NCBI GenBank assembly: GCA_043732305.1
Contig: JAYTHU010000177.1
Coordinates: 1-61,922 of the forward strand
Source: Oligoflexia bacterium
Lineage (GTDB): Bacteria; Bdellovibrionota; Bdellovibrionia; JABDDW01
DNA length: 61,922 nucleotides
Direction: 5' to 3'
This document shows, one piece after another, positions 19,803 to 30,340 of the stretch. Numbering within the stretch: position 1 is the stretch's first letter; each line of letters begins with the position of its first letter. Both the position numbers and the translations under genes were made by a program. The notes beneath the pieces were generated by a model that saw nothing but the letters and a program-made list of their open reading frames with translations, was not told where the DNA came from and made no database searches.

Positions 19803-20925
19803 ACAAAATATTTCTTAGAAGTTTTCCTTGGTAAATACAACTCAAAATTTCTCGTTTCCGGAAATCACCTCCATAAACTTTTGCTGTTTTCTGAGCCTCT
19901 TGAATTTGAGTCAATAAAGGAAAAATCATTTCGACTGTGTTGGCCGACGTGAGAACAGGGAGGTCGTAGTCTTTCATAAGCGAGAGCAAAACTGTATCTT
20001 GAGATAAAAGCAAAACTGGCTTTTGAGCGGCGATATAATCAAAAATCTTCCCTGGAATAGCGTATTCACTTCCTTCAGAGTGTGTAATTACAATAAGAAT
20101 ATCCGCGTTATTGATTTCCCTTTTAAAATTTTCGGCGGAAAGCATGGGGAAGATTTTTACATTTTCTTCAAGGCTAAGTTTCGATATTAAATTCCGAGCG
20201 ACTGCTTCGCCAATGGCCTCATTGAATCTACAGAAAAAAGAAAAACGAGCATTCATAGTGGGACAAGATTGTTTCAACTCACCCAAGGCGTGAATTAAAG
20301 CTATGGGAGATCTTGAACCATAAAATGTACCCCCATAAACATAATGAATAAATTCACCCTCGAGCTTTGCACTCTCAGCTCTCAAATTGCTACTTAGATC
20401 AGCGGGATCAAAACCAGAAAGGACCGGGTGAACTTTTTCTCCAACATTTAGAAAACTAGCTATAGCCGGCGAAGCGACGGTCACCTTAGAAACTTGTAAG
20501 AGGGCCAAAGTTTGAAGCTTATGAATTAAAAAATTCATAAGCTTTGAACGAGGAATTAGTTTTTCTGCAACAAGCGGATCTCTGAAATCCAATACGGATC
20601 TTCGTGGCTTCAGAATTGATACAATTAAAGAACTTCCAAGGAGCCACGCCGGTGGAAAAGAAAATATGGCTACCCCCTTGGAATTTTGTTTAAGCCAGCG
20701 GAGAGCATCTCTCGACATAAAACAAATATCTGTGATTCGAATAAATATTTTCTTAAATCCGTTGCTTGAAATGGGGTGTTTTGGTGGGTAAACCCAGTCC
20801 ACACTCACATTGGCTGATTCAAGGCCCTTGGTCAATTTTCTCAATCGACTGGCAGCGCTTTCTAAACTATCAGGATCAAAAGCAGAAACCCAAAGGACTT
20901 TCAATTGTCTCTCATCCTCCGTCAT
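19783..20925 (-). CDS. Glycosyltransferase family 4-like
   Basis: DFRDP, SGFD, YGGTFYGSRS, IPGKIFDYIA. Confidence 0.8.
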   Translation of the reverse strand: MTEDERQLKVLWVSAFDPDSLESAASRLRKLTKGLESANVSVDWVYPPKHPISSNGFKKIFIRITDICFMSRDALRWLKQNSKGVAIFSFPPAWLLGSSLIVSILKPRRSVLDFRDPLVAEKLIPRSKLMNFLIHKLQTLALLQVSKVTVASPAIASFLNVGEKVHPVLSGFDPADLSSNLRAESAKLEGEFIHYVYGGTFYGSRSPIALIHALGELKQSCPTMNARFSFFCRFNEAIGEAVARNLISKLSLEENVKIFPMLSAENFKREINNADILIVITHSEGSEYAIPGKIFDYIAAQKPVLLLSQDTVLLSLMKDYDLPVLTSANTVEMIFPLLTQIQEAQKTAKVYGGDFRKREILSCIYQGKLLRNILFGSYGE

Positions 20926-21673
20926 GTTTTGTTTTCCTTACCACCAGCCAATAACCGTGATTCGTCTTAGGGTCGGAGTGAAACCATGGAATGTATTTTT
21001 TGGTCAAAGTTTCTCCCGAGAAAATAATCTCAAACCCCATTCTTTTAATTATTTTTTCTAGATAGTGAGGGGGATATCTCACATAGTGATAATATTTGAA
21101 AATATCGAGAACTCCGACCGGAATAGGAAACAGTAAGACAAGTAGCCCATTTTTTTTAAGCATCACAGATAAATTTTTAAACAAGGTTTTGATTTTTGAG
21201 GGAGTGATGTATTGAATGACGGTGATCGAATAAATAGCGTCAAAAAATCCTTGGTATTTTGAAACCAGTAAAGATTTTTGAGACAAGTCTGCGGCCATCA
21301 ACGGAGAGCGTTTCACATTTTTAGAGGTGAAGTTTGTCAAAGTTGTTTCAGAGAAATCAATTCCGTAAAGTTCAAGATCAGTCTGCTCTTCCAAATATTT
21401 CAAATATCTACCTGAGCCACAGCCATAATCTAAAACTTTACCTACATTTCCAAGATTTTTATCGAGCGTTTCTTTCAAATAATCTCGATGCCAATCTAGA
21501 ATAGGTTTGAGTTCTTTTGCTTTTTCAGTGCAACCATCTATTTGCTCTAAAGTGTAAGAAGAATTTTTACCGACTGCAGACCAACTGTCTTTTTGAAAAT
21601 TCGAGGAACCAAGCACAAAGTCCTTGAATAAGTTCAACGGAGTTTTAATGAAATTTTTAATAAATTCGTTCAA
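20912..21673 (-). CDS. Class I SAM-dependent methyltransferase
   Basis: VLDYGCGSGR, YGIDFS, TVIQYI. Confidence 0.85.
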   Translation of the reverse strand: MNEFIKNFIKTPLNLFKDFVLGSSNFQKDSWSAVGKNSSYTLEQIDGCTEKAKELKPILDWHRDYLKETLDKNLGNVGKVLDYGCGSGRYLKYLEEQTDLELYGIDFSETTLTNFTSKNVKRSPLMAADLSQKSLLVSKYQGFFDAIYSITVIQYITPSKIKTLFKNLSVMLKKNGLLVLLFPIPVGVLDIFKYYHYVRYPPHYLEKIIKRMGFEIIFSGETLTKKYIPWFHSDPKTNHGYWLVVRKTKHDGG

Positions 21674-21683
21674 AATAAATGCC

Positions 21684-22697
21684 TCATTGCCGTGTTATTT
21701 TTTGAGCTAGACGCAAAAGAGGACCTCTCCACGAGAGGTCAGCTTTCCAGAGATCATGGTGGACAAAAGTTCCACCGAATCGCTCTTTAAATTTTTGTAT
21801 CTTTTGAACTTTCGAACCCGGTTCTGCGACGGGACTCGCTCCACCTAAATCATAGATGTGAACATTCGCCTTCTTGAGACCGAGCATCATCTTCCATTGC
21901 AAAAGATTTCCCGTTCCTCCGGGCGTAACTTTGGGATCAACAGATGATCCCATCCAATAATATCCGCGCTTTGTAGAATATGGAACAAGCGCACAAGAAA
22001 TTAATTCTCCAATAGCAGAGTGTGCGGTAAAGAATTTTCCGAACCCCCCACTTAAAAGATCTTTGCAAATAAAGCAAAAATAGTCTTTAGGTGTCACTAC
22101 AGCGAAGCCTCGCTTCAAAGTGTTTTCAAGCATCGAATAGAATTTTTCTATATCACTTTCAATAAAATCGTCGCCAAACTCTTTAACCGTTACTCCGGCT
22201 TTTTCGGCAGACCTTATTGAATTTCTATGTTTGGAGTGCAGGCCATCCCAAATTTCTTTCTCGGTCCGGAGAAGATCAATTTCATGAGTTCCGAAAGGTA
22301 TGAATGAGAAAAATCGAGAAATAGTCGATGCTGAAGAAATTGATTTTCGGTCCCACCTCCCCATGCTTCCCGAGGTTTGAATAAATCCAATTTTTTCCTT
22401 TTTTAATCGCATGACAAGTGATTTGAAAATTTCGGTGCTATTTTGTCCACTAGGCTCGGCAAAGAAATTAGCCCATTTTTGCCCAGCTTTAGTCCTTACA
22501 ACGGCTGTTCCAGCAGCCAAAATGTTTCCGTCAACATCAATACGGGCGGCATAAACACCTTGCCATCCGAGTTTTGAAAGCGCCCCAACATAATGGGTTG
22601 TGTGAAAGGGATTTCCTGATATCATTTGCCAACTATTCCAAATATCTTCGGCGACTGGAGGACTGTCAAATTTTACGATAGTTTCAGTTGTGACCAT
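21684..22697 (-). CDS. FemAB/FemX-like GNAT-fold (aminoacyl/acyl)transferase
   Basis: IDLLRTEKEIW...KHRNSIRSAEKAGV, NLLQWKMM, YDLGG, FKERFGG. Confidence 0.8.
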   Translation of the reverse strand: MVTTETIVKFDSPPVAEDIWNSWQMISGNPFHTTHYVGALSKLGWQGVYAARIDVDGNILAAGTAVVRTKAGQKWANFFAEPSGQNSTEIFKSLVMRLKKEKIGFIQTSGSMGRWDRKSISSASTISRFFSFIPFGTHEIDLLRTEKEIWDGLHSKHRNSIRSAEKAGVTVKEFGDDFIESDIEKFYSMLENTLKRGFAVVTPKDYFCFICKDLLSGGFGKFFTAHSAIGELISCALVPYSTKRGYYWMGSSVDPKVTPGGTGNLLQWKMMLGLKKANVHIYDLGGASPVAEPGSKVQKIQKFKERFGGTFVHHDLWKADLSWRGPLLRLAQKITRQ

Positions 22698-22768
22698 AGA
22701 CCAAAACTTACCTTTTCACCGCCTAAAATGCTAGTGACTAAACGACATTATTCGCCGTATAAAAGTGT

Positions 22769-24028
22769 ATGGCCAAAGACAAAGATATTCTTCTCATTGC
22801 TTATACTTTACCCCCAGCTCCTGGCGTGGGAGCAAGACGCTGGTCCAAGCTCTGCAAATATCTTGTGCGCCAAGATTACAACATACAAATTATCACCGCA
22901 GCTTTTGATAAGAAACACGGGGGATCTCCGTGGGAGCAAGATATCACTCACCCGCGGATCAAGATTCATAGGGTCAAAGGTGGGCTAAATCCAAATTGGC
23001 TTTTCAATCCAAAATCACCCCGAGTTTTTCGGATAAAAGAAAGATATCTTTATAAATTTCATCGAAAATTTCACCACTGGATTGACTATGCCGAAGGCTG
23101 GGGTCCAGCCCTTTTATCTCAGGCAAACATAATTTTAAAAGAAGGCAATATCAAAACAGTCATCGTGACTGGCCCGCCCAACTCAGTAAATTATTTTGCA
23201 GCTCTTCTTAAGCTTGAAAATCCCAAGATAAAATTGATTCAGGATATTCGGGACCCTTGGAATGAAGATCCCTATGATTACGGATATCCGAACGCACTCC
23301 CCTCTATTGCTTACAAAAATAAAGCGTTATTTTGTCAAGAAACAGCATTTCGATTCTGTGATCACATTGTTTCCGTTAGTCAAAGTCTCACGGATATTTT
23401 TATCAAAAACTGGAACGTGGCTGACAAGATTACCACTATTTCCAATGGTTATGATCCAGAAGACAAAATCTTAAGCAAACCTAATAAATCATCAAAAATG
23501 AAATTCATTTACGCCGGCTTTGCTAGTGGAATGGGAAGAATGACGGCACTTGATCTTTTCAGGCAGGCCATCACCGAACTCACTAAAACCGATAGCTTCT
23601 GGACAGAAAAATGCGATTTTGTTTTCGTCGGAGATGGCAAACTCAAGTTCAAGGAAAAAAACTTCAGAACACTCCCATATCTACCAAGTGCTGAATTGGC
23701 GCAAGAAGTTGCCACAAGCCACATTGGATTCACTATCAATAGTCCCGAATATCATTTTCTTTTCGGCTCAAAACTCTACGACTACATGCTTCAGGGAATT
23801 TCGACTTTCTTGATTTCAAGCCCTGGCGAAATGTGTGAGACAATTGAAAAGAAACACCTTGGATACTATGCCCCATACGATTTACAAAAAATTAAAGTGG
23901 TACTGGAAAAAATGAAGCTGGATTTTCAGGCAGGAAAGCTTGCTGTTCCTTCTGATTCTACCGTAGCAGAATATTCTTTTGACAGTTTGGCGCATAAATA
24001 TTGGGACCTGATTCAACGGGAAATTTAA
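22769..24028 (+). CDS. Glycosyltransferase family 4-like
   Basis: YTLPPAPGVGARRW, TGPP, DIRDPW, SNGYD, SKLYDY. Confidence 0.8.
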   Translation: MAKDKDILLIAYTLPPAPGVGARRWSKLCKYLVRQDYNIQIITAAFDKKHGGSPWEQDITHPRIKIHRVKGGLNPNWLFNPKSPRVFRIKERYLYKFHRKFHHWIDYAEGWGPALLSQANIILKEGNIKTVIVTGPPNSVNYFAALLKLENPKIKLIQDIRDPWNEDPYDYGYPNALPSIAYKNKALFCQETAFRFCDHIVSVSQSLTDIFIKNWNVADKITTISNGYDPEDKILSKPNKSSKMKFIYAGFASGMGRMTALDLFRQAITELTKTDSFWTEKCDFVFVGDGKLKFKEKNFRTLPYLPSAELAQEVATSHIGFTINSPEYHFLFGSKLYDYMLQGISTFLISSPGEMCETIEKKHLGYYAPYDLQKIKVVLEKMKLDFQAGKLAVPSDSTVAEYSFDSLAHKYWDLIQREI

Positions 24029-25119
24029 AATTTCTGAATGGTTTTTTTTAATGTACTAAAAAGAAAATCCATTTGAGTTTTACTCTGCTCCATAGGGATT
24101 TCTAACACTCGGCCTTCAAGAACCGTCATCTGCGGCAACTCTTCTTTATTTTTTCCCAGTGAACGGTAACCCAAAAGACAAAATACGTTTTGGGCCACAA
24201 GAGCCGTATAAAAATCTTGAGCGAGTTGGGAATTTTTAAATATCCAGACAATTTTGTGAGAGTTAGAAATTCCACGAACGTTCAATAGTGGCCGCGCTAT
24301 ATCTCCCCGACTAGAAATAATCTGATTGGCGCGACCGATCAAATCCTGACGCTGAGATTGATACCTACTTGTGCAAAGTTCCAAAACCCCGCCGAGAATT
24401 TCCTCTTCAAATGCTTCCATTCGGTCATAGAAATGATTGTTAATTTTATCTAGAAATCGGTCTAATTTCCTTAAAAGATATTTGAAAGGAGCCAGCCATT
24501 TGTACTCATAAATATGCAATCGATTGAAATAGAAATTCAAAAATTTCACATGATGAGAAATGGCAGAATTAGTTTTTGAAAACTCATATTTATTCTTGGT
24601 CCAAAAGAAAGAACCCATTGGCGCAGCGGTGGGTTTGCCCGGGCTAAAAGAAAAAAATCCACCGTCCCCAAAAGTCGAAATAAAACGACTGCCGATTTTA
24701 GCTCCAAAGCTCTGAGCCCCATCGTCTATGAGAATGATACCTTTTTCCTGACAGAATTTTTCGATCTCGGTCATATCCGCGGGATTTCCATAAAGACTGG
24801 CTACCAAAACGGCTTTGACTGAATATTTGTCGCTCAAAACTTTTACTGATTCCAAAGAGCCATTCAGATCTTGAGGATCAATATCGTAATAAACGGGTTG
24901 AATATTAAGCGCTGTTAGTGATTGCAAAATAGAGTCGCAAATATAGGTGGGAATAAGGATTTTATCCTTCACACCGAGAGCTTTGAGCAAGTGGTAAAAA
25001 GATGCCCGCCCGAGGGCCGCATACTGAAATTCCCGACCCGTTTGCTCATTCAGACTCTTCAGATTTAGAGCCTGTTTTTCATAAGTCCAAGGCTGAAAAA
25101 TTTTAATTTCTTGAAACAT
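24025..25119 (-). CDS. DegT/DnrJ/EryC1/StrS-like PLP-dependent enzyme
   Basis: IPTYIC, YGNPADM, IDDGAQSFG, SFSPGK (PLP Lys). Confidence 0.75.
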   Translation of the reverse strand: MFQEIKIFQPWTYEKQALNLKSLNEQTGREFQYAALGRASFYHLLKALGVKDKILIPTYICDSILQSLTALNIQPVYYDIDPQDLNGSLESVKVLSDKYSVKAVLVASLYGNPADMTEIEKFCQEKGIILIDDGAQSFGAKIGSRFISTFGDGGFFSFSPGKPTAAPMGSFFWTKNKYEFSKTNSAISHHVKFLNFYFNRLHIYEYKWLAPFKYLLRKLDRFLDKINNHFYDRMEAFEEEILGGVLELCTSRYQSQRQDLIGRANQIISSRGDIARPLLNVRGISNSHKIVWIFKNSQLAQDFYTALVAQNVFCLLGYRSLGKNKEELPQMTVLEGRVLEIPMEQSKTQMDFLFSTLKKTIQKF

Positions 25120-25121
25120 AA

Positions 25122-26426
25122 TTAAAGAAGGGTGACGTTTTCCTTAACGCCGCTGACCACTTTAGTTGCATTGCGGGTGTCCAAAACTTTTTTGGACTTT
25201 GCAACGACCCAAGAGTAATCGACCAAACTGTGTCCGGTAGTGATCACCACGAGATCTGCATCGGACAATAATGCTTCGTCGAGCGCGACACTTGTCATCT
25301 TGATACCATGATCATTCACTGACTCAACAAAGGGATCGTGATAACTGACTTGCGCGCCCTCCTTGAGATAAAGTTTCAAGATTTCTAGGACTGGGGATTC
25401 ACGATAATCATCATGATCTTTTTTGTAGGCTACACCTAAAACTACGATTTTAGATTTCGATAAAGCCAAACCCAATCGATTCAAAATTCGCACAGATTTT
25501 TCCACAACAAACTCCGGCATCTTACGATTGATCTCGCCGGCAAGAGTAATAAAGTGAGTCGAAAAATTCATCTCACGTGCTTTCCATTCAAGATAGTGAG
25601 GATCGAGTGGGATGCAATGTCCCCCTACGCCGGGGCCAGGGAAAAAGGGCATGATTCCAAAAGGTTTAGTGTGTGCGGCTTCTAAAACTTCCCAAACGTT
25701 GATTTCCATTCGATCGCACAAAAGTGCGAGCTCATTCACAAGTGCAATATTAATTGCGCGAAAAGTATTTTCAAAAACTTTCACTAGCTCTGCAGCTTGC
25801 GCACTAGAAACGGGAGCAATTTTTTCTATTGTTTGAGAGTAAAAAGAAATAGCAGCATTCAAAGAATGAGGACCGACACCACCAACGACCTTGGGAGTAT
25901 TCTTGGTGTTGTAATGCTTGTTGCCCGGATCCACTCGCTCAGGTGAATAGGCTAAGAAAAAATCCGTTTCCACTTTGAGTTTGGACTCTTCTAAAATCGG
26001 CAGCATGAACTGCTCAGTTGTTCCTGGATATGTTGTTGATTCAAGACAAATGAGTTGTCCTTTTCGCAGATATTTTGCGGCCACTCGAGTGGCGGCTTCA
26101 ACGAATTGTAAATCGGGAGTGAGATTTTTTGTCAACGGAGTTGGAACGGCGATGACTATGACATCGATTTCAGTGAGTAGAGAAAAATCAGTGGAGGCCA
26201 TTATCTTTTGCGCGGCCACCAGCTCTTTGAGTTCACTGTCTTTGACATCACGAATATAATTTTGCCCTGCGTTGACTTGCGCCACGCGAGCTTTGTCTTG
26301 ATCGATTCCAATGACTCGAAAGCCAACTTTGGCCTTCTCAACAGCCAATGGAAGGCCAACGTACCCAAGCCCCAACACACCTACCACTGCGGATTTGCTT
26401 TTGATTTTTTCTATGAGTTGATCCAT
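25122..26426 (-). CDS. UDP-HexNAc 6-dehydrogenase (WbpA/WecC-like)
   Basis: GLGYVGLP, ESTTYPGTT, SPERVDPG, GVGGHCIPLDP with catalytic Cys. Confidence 0.9.
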   Translation of the reverse strand: MDQLIEKIKSKSAVVGVLGLGYVGLPLAVEKAKVGFRVIGIDQDKARVAQVNAGQNYIRDVKDSELKELVAAQKIMASTDFSLLTEIDVIVIAVPTPLTKNLTPDLQFVEAATRVAAKYLRKGQLICLESTTYPGTTEQFMLPILEESKLKVETDFFLAYSPERVDPGNKHYNTKNTPKVVGGVGPHSLNAAISFYSQTIEKIAPVSSAQAAELVKVFENTFRAINIALVNELALLCDRMEINVWEVLEAAHTKPFGIMPFFPGPGVGGHCIPLDPHYLEWKAREMNFSTHFITLAGEINRKMPEFVVEKSVRILNRLGLALSKSKIVVLGVAYKKDHDDYRESPVLEILKLYLKEGAQVSYHDPFVESVNDHGIKMTSVALDEALLSDADLVVITTGHSLVDYSWVVAKSKKVLDTRNATKVVSGVKENVTLL

Positions 26427-26488
26427 CGGGCCAAATTAGCGCCTTTTACTAGACAAATCAATTCTCAATATGACAAATTACCGAAACG

Positions 26489-27592
26489 ATGAGGAAAACA
26501 ATACATATTATTGCCGCTGCGCGTCCCAATTTTATGAAGGTAGCACCTTTGTTCCATGCACTTAAAAAAGAAGCTTGGTGTGATCTCAAGATGATTCACA
26601 CGGGGCAACATTATGACATCAACATGTCAGCCAACTTTTTTGCTAATTTGAGACTTCCCGAACCTGATACCAATCTGGAAGTTGGAAGCGGAACCCATGC
26701 TCAGCAGACCGCTGGAGTCATGATCAAATATGAAGAAGTTTGTCTTCGCGAAAAACCTGATCTGGTAATTGTAGTTGGCGATGTCAATTCGACCATGGCG
26801 TGTACTCTTGTTGCAAAAAAACTTTTGATTCCTGTAGCTCACTTGGAAGCAGGTCTTCGCAGTGGAGATATGACCATGCCTGAGGAGATAAATCGGGTTG
26901 TGACCGATGCTCTCGCTGATTATCTTTGGACTCCATCACCCGATGCTGACGAGAATCTATTAAGGTTGGGAGTAGCTAGCGAGAGAATCGCGTTTGTTGG
27001 GAATATCATGATGGATTCATTTGAGATGCTGAGATCAGAAATTGAATCTGAAAACAGTGCCGGGAAGCTATCTCTTCAAAAAAATTCTTATGGCATTGTC
27101 ACTCTTCATCGACCTTCAAACGTCGATAATAAATCTAAGCTCACCCAGTTGTTTAATCTTTTAACTGAGAGCGCTTCGTTGCTGCCATTTGTTTTCCCAC
27201 TTCACCCACGCACCAAGGCCAGTTTAGAAAAATTCGGCTTGTGGAATGATCTCAAAAATAATCAGAACATGAAGTTTTTAGATCCGCTCGGTTACATCAG
27301 CTTCATGTCGTTATTGCAGGATTCAAAATTAGTGATCACTGATTCCGGTGGCATCCAGGAAGAATCGACATATTTGGGAGTTCCCTGTCTGACTTTACGT
27401 GATTCCACAGAAAGACCCATCACCGTGTCCGAGGGAACCAATAAACTAGTGAATGAAAATATTTTGATTTCTGAAATTAAAAAAATTCTAGACAGCTCCT
27501 ATCAGTCGAAGCGACCACCCATTAAGTTTTGGGACGGGAAAACGGCAGGAAGAATTGTCAGCAAATTACGAGAGACTTTCAAAATTTCTTAA
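26489..27592 (+). CDS. wecB: UDP-N-acetylglucosamine 2-epimerase (non-hydrolysing; WecB/WbpI-like)
   Basis: ARPNFMK, HTGQHY, HLEAGLRS, DSGGIQEE. Confidence 0.9.
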   Translation: MRKTIHIIAAARPNFMKVAPLFHALKKEAWCDLKMIHTGQHYDINMSANFFANLRLPEPDTNLEVGSGTHAQQTAGVMIKYEEVCLREKPDLVIVVGDVNSTMACTLVAKKLLIPVAHLEAGLRSGDMTMPEEINRVVTDALADYLWTPSPDADENLLRLGVASERIAFVGNIMMDSFEMLRSEIESENSAGKLSLQKNSYGIVTLHRPSNVDNKSKLTQLFNLLTESASLLPFVFPLHPRTKASLEKFGLWNDLKNNQNMKFLDPLGYISFMSLLQDSKLVITDSGGIQEESTYLGVPCLTLRDSTERPITVSEGTNKLVNENILISEIKKILDSSYQSKRPPIKFWDGKTAGRIVSKLRETFKIS

Positions 27593-28937
27593 TCAAGACC
27601 CAACTGTGGAAATTATAAGTGCTGGTTTTCGGTACTGAATCAAAATCGGCTCCATCGCCCACGCACCACTTCCGCCCAATTAAAATATCATAGGGAGCCT
27701 TTGCATCTTTTGGAAGCCCAGCGGTGTGCAAAATCACTGGCGGGTGAGGGCAAAACCGATTGTACATCATTAAATAATTTTGCAATTGGTTGGCTCCCTC
27801 TTCACAGGAGCTATAGAATTTTGTTCGAGGATCTCGAATAAAATCCTCACAGGCCATGTCCGCGACTAGTTTTGATTCGTTCAAAAAACTCCAGCGATTC
27901 AGTGATCCCCACAGCGTGACGAAGATATAAAAACAAACAACAATCGCCGCACCTATCGTCCGAAATTTTGAAGGAGATATTTCTGATGGAAGCCACCCTG
28001 CAAGAAAAAAGGCCCAGCCAAAAGGAATAACCAATTGGAGATAACCCCAAGAGTTATAGCCAGCCCATGCCACAAGAAAGATAGAAATTGGCAGCACTAT
28101 GGCCAATGAAACCAATAATATTCTCAAGCCGTCTCTCGGGTAGAATTTCTTTGTCGAAAAGCAAACAGCCAAAACAAATAAAATCGCTACACCATAACTC
28201 TTTGCTGGGGGAAAAACCAATGACACCAGAATATTTTTTAACGGAATCTGAAGAAAATGATCGCCCCCCGTATAAACTCGCGGGAGCTTCGCAACAACGA
28301 TCGCAAATATCAAAGCAGAGAAAATTAAAAGCACAAGCGGAAACCACGAGATCTTCTTTTTCAATTTCCATTCAAAATATTCAAAGACAAAAAAAGTGGA
28401 GCCCAAAACAACAAAACTCTCTTTGGATAAAAAAGATAGAATGAAAAGTCCAACTCCTAACCATTTCTTATTACTTGAATATGCTGCGAGTGCTAAACAA
28501 AAGAAAGGTGTGGCTAGGGTCTCTGCGGCCGCAGTCAACACGATCCACTCTTTGATCGAAAGATTCACTAGAACTAAAAACGCTAAAAACACTAATTGCA
28601 AAGATTTGAATCGCATTTTTTTTGCAAAATGCAAAATGCCCCATACGGCAACCACCAGAAGCAAAAACTGAACACCTCGATAATAAACTGGCTCGATTGG
28701 AAGAAACTTATAGCGCAGGAGCCTCAAGATAGAGTCTAAAGGCAAAAACCTACCTTCCTTGAGGCGGCCCAGGAACCAAGCAAAACCTTCTTTCCAAGGA
28801 TTTAAATTGGGATTCATGGCCCAATCTTTGATTTGGCCGTAGTCATCATTTAAAGACCAACTTTGCGGAAGCACGATGAAAAAATAAAGATAGATTGTTG
28901 AGATTGCCACAGCGGCAAATTTAAAAATATTTTTCAT
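27579..28937 (-). CDS. Membrane protein, putative GT-C glycosyltransferase (tandem paralogue of 28934-30340)
   Basis: WSLNDDYG after TM1, GRFLP, SKES; multi-TM. Confidence 0.55.
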   Translation of the reverse strand: MKNIFKFAAVAISTIYLYFFIVLPQSWSLNDDYGQIKDWAMNPNLNPWKEGFAWFLGRLKEGRFLPLDSILRLLRYKFLPIEPVYYRGVQFLLLVVAVWGILHFAKKMRFKSLQLVFLAFLVLVNLSIKEWIVLTAAAETLATPFFCLALAAYSSNKKWLGVGLFILSFLSKESFVVLGSTFFVFEYFEWKLKKKISWFPLVLLIFSALIFAIVVAKLPRVYTGGDHFLQIPLKNILVSLVFPPAKSYGVAILFVLAVCFSTKKFYPRDGLRILLVSLAIVLPISIFLVAWAGYNSWGYLQLVIPFGWAFFLAGWLPSEISPSKFRTIGAAIVVCFYIFVTLWGSLNRWSFLNESKLVADMACEDFIRDPRTKFYSSCEEGANQLQNYLMMYNRFCPHPPVILHTAGLPKDAKAPYDILIGRKWCVGDGADFDSVPKTSTYNFHSWVLIKKF

Positions 28938-30340
28938 TTCTGGCCACTCTCTAAGTCTAATTGATCACTCATAAATTTGTAAACGGACCAAATGTTCATA
29001 TGGTAACGATAAGTGACAGGAAGCTTTTCAAATTCTGATCCATCTGTGTTACACCATTTTCTCCCAAATAAAATTTCGTAGGGAGCTTTTGTTTGTGCTG
29101 GCAGACCGTGAGCCACGTATGTGATCACAGGAGGATGAACGCAGTTTTTACCGTAAAGTAAGAGATAGTTCTGCAGTTGATTTGAACCCTCTTCACAATT
29201 TGAAAAAACTTTTAGATTAGGTGTTCGATTGAAATCTTCACAAGCCATGTCCGCAGCGACGGTGGCTTCGCGAAGTGATTGCCAACGATTGAAACTTCCT
29301 CTCATGGTCATGACCATTGTTACGAAAACTAAGATCGCAGCCAGTGCATACGATGTTCGATTCAAGGTGACGTCCTCACGTAAAGGTAAAGCCAGAATCA
29401 TGGCCCAACCCCACGGAATAATAAGATGCAGGTAACTCCAAGAATCGAACGGTCCCCATAGACTCAAGAATATTGAAAAAGGAATGACGATAGACAAACT
29501 CACCCATAGAATCTTCCTAGAGCTTTGATCCATCAAGGAACTTTTACGTTGAATAAGCACGATGATGGAAAATAAAATCGCAAGGCCATAGGTTTTTAGC
29601 GGGGGAATTATCAACGATTGAAAAATATTTTTTAAGGACAAGATCGAAAAATGAGAACCACCGGTGTAGACTCGGGGAAGTTTTGAAATGGTTAAGACGA
29701 AAACGCTTGAACTGAGCGCAAGAGCAAGCAAAGGCAACCAAGAAATTTTTCGAGTTTTCTTAAAATCGAAATATTCAAGAGCCAAAATCGCGCCTCCCAA
29801 AACGAGAAAACTTTCTTTAGACAGAAAAGCGCAGGCAAAAAACAATACTCCTAGAATTTTGCAATTATAGACGTATGCGGCCAATGCTAAACAAAAAAAT
29901 GGAACAGCCAAAGTTTCCGCGGCTGAAGTGAGAACGATCCACTCTTTGATTGAGAGATTTGTAAGAATTAAAAAAACTGTGAAGATAACTTGAAATCTTG
30001 AGAACCCGACTTTTTTAACAAATAAAGTAATTGCAAACAAAGCGATAGCTAATAAAAGGAATTGTCCACCTCGGTAAAATACCGGCTCAACTGGCAAAAA
30101 TTTGTATCTGATCAATCGCAAGAACGAGTCAAAAGGCAAGAACCGGCCTTCGTTTAAACGCCCTCTGAAGAAATTCAAGCCTGCCGTCCACGGGTTTAAC
30201 TTGGGATCCAGTGCCCAATCTTTGATTTGCCCATAATCGTCATTCAACGACCAATTTTGTGGCAGAAACAGAAAGAAATAGAAATACATGACAAGGCATG
30301 CGCCTAAAAAAACACTGAAAAGAGTCTCTAATTTCAACAT
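28934..30340 (-). CDS. Membrane protein, putative GT-C glycosyltransferase (tandem paralogue of 27579-28937)
   Basis: Shares WSLNDDYGQIKDWA, GRFLP, SIKEWIVLT, SKESF, ADMACEDF, NQLQNYL, GRKWC with its neighbour. Confidence 0.55.
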   Translation of the reverse strand: MLKLETLFSVFLGACLVMYFYFFLFLPQNWSLNDDYGQIKDWALDPKLNPWTAGLNFFRGRLNEGRFLPFDSFLRLIRYKFLPVEPVFYRGGQFLLLAIALFAITLFVKKVGFSRFQVIFTVFLILTNLSIKEWIVLTSAAETLAVPFFCLALAAYVYNCKILGVLFFACAFLSKESFLVLGGAILALEYFDFKKTRKISWLPLLALALSSSVFVLTISKLPRVYTGGSHFSILSLKNIFQSLIIPPLKTYGLAILFSIIVLIQRKSSLMDQSSRKILWVSLSIVIPFSIFLSLWGPFDSWSYLHLIIPWGWAMILALPLREDVTLNRTSYALAAILVFVTMVMTMRGSFNRWQSLREATVAADMACEDFNRTPNLKVFSNCEEGSNQLQNYLLLYGKNCVHPPVITYVAHGLPAQTKAPYEILFGRKWCNTDGSEFEKLPVTYRYHMNIWSVYKFMSDQLDLESGQK

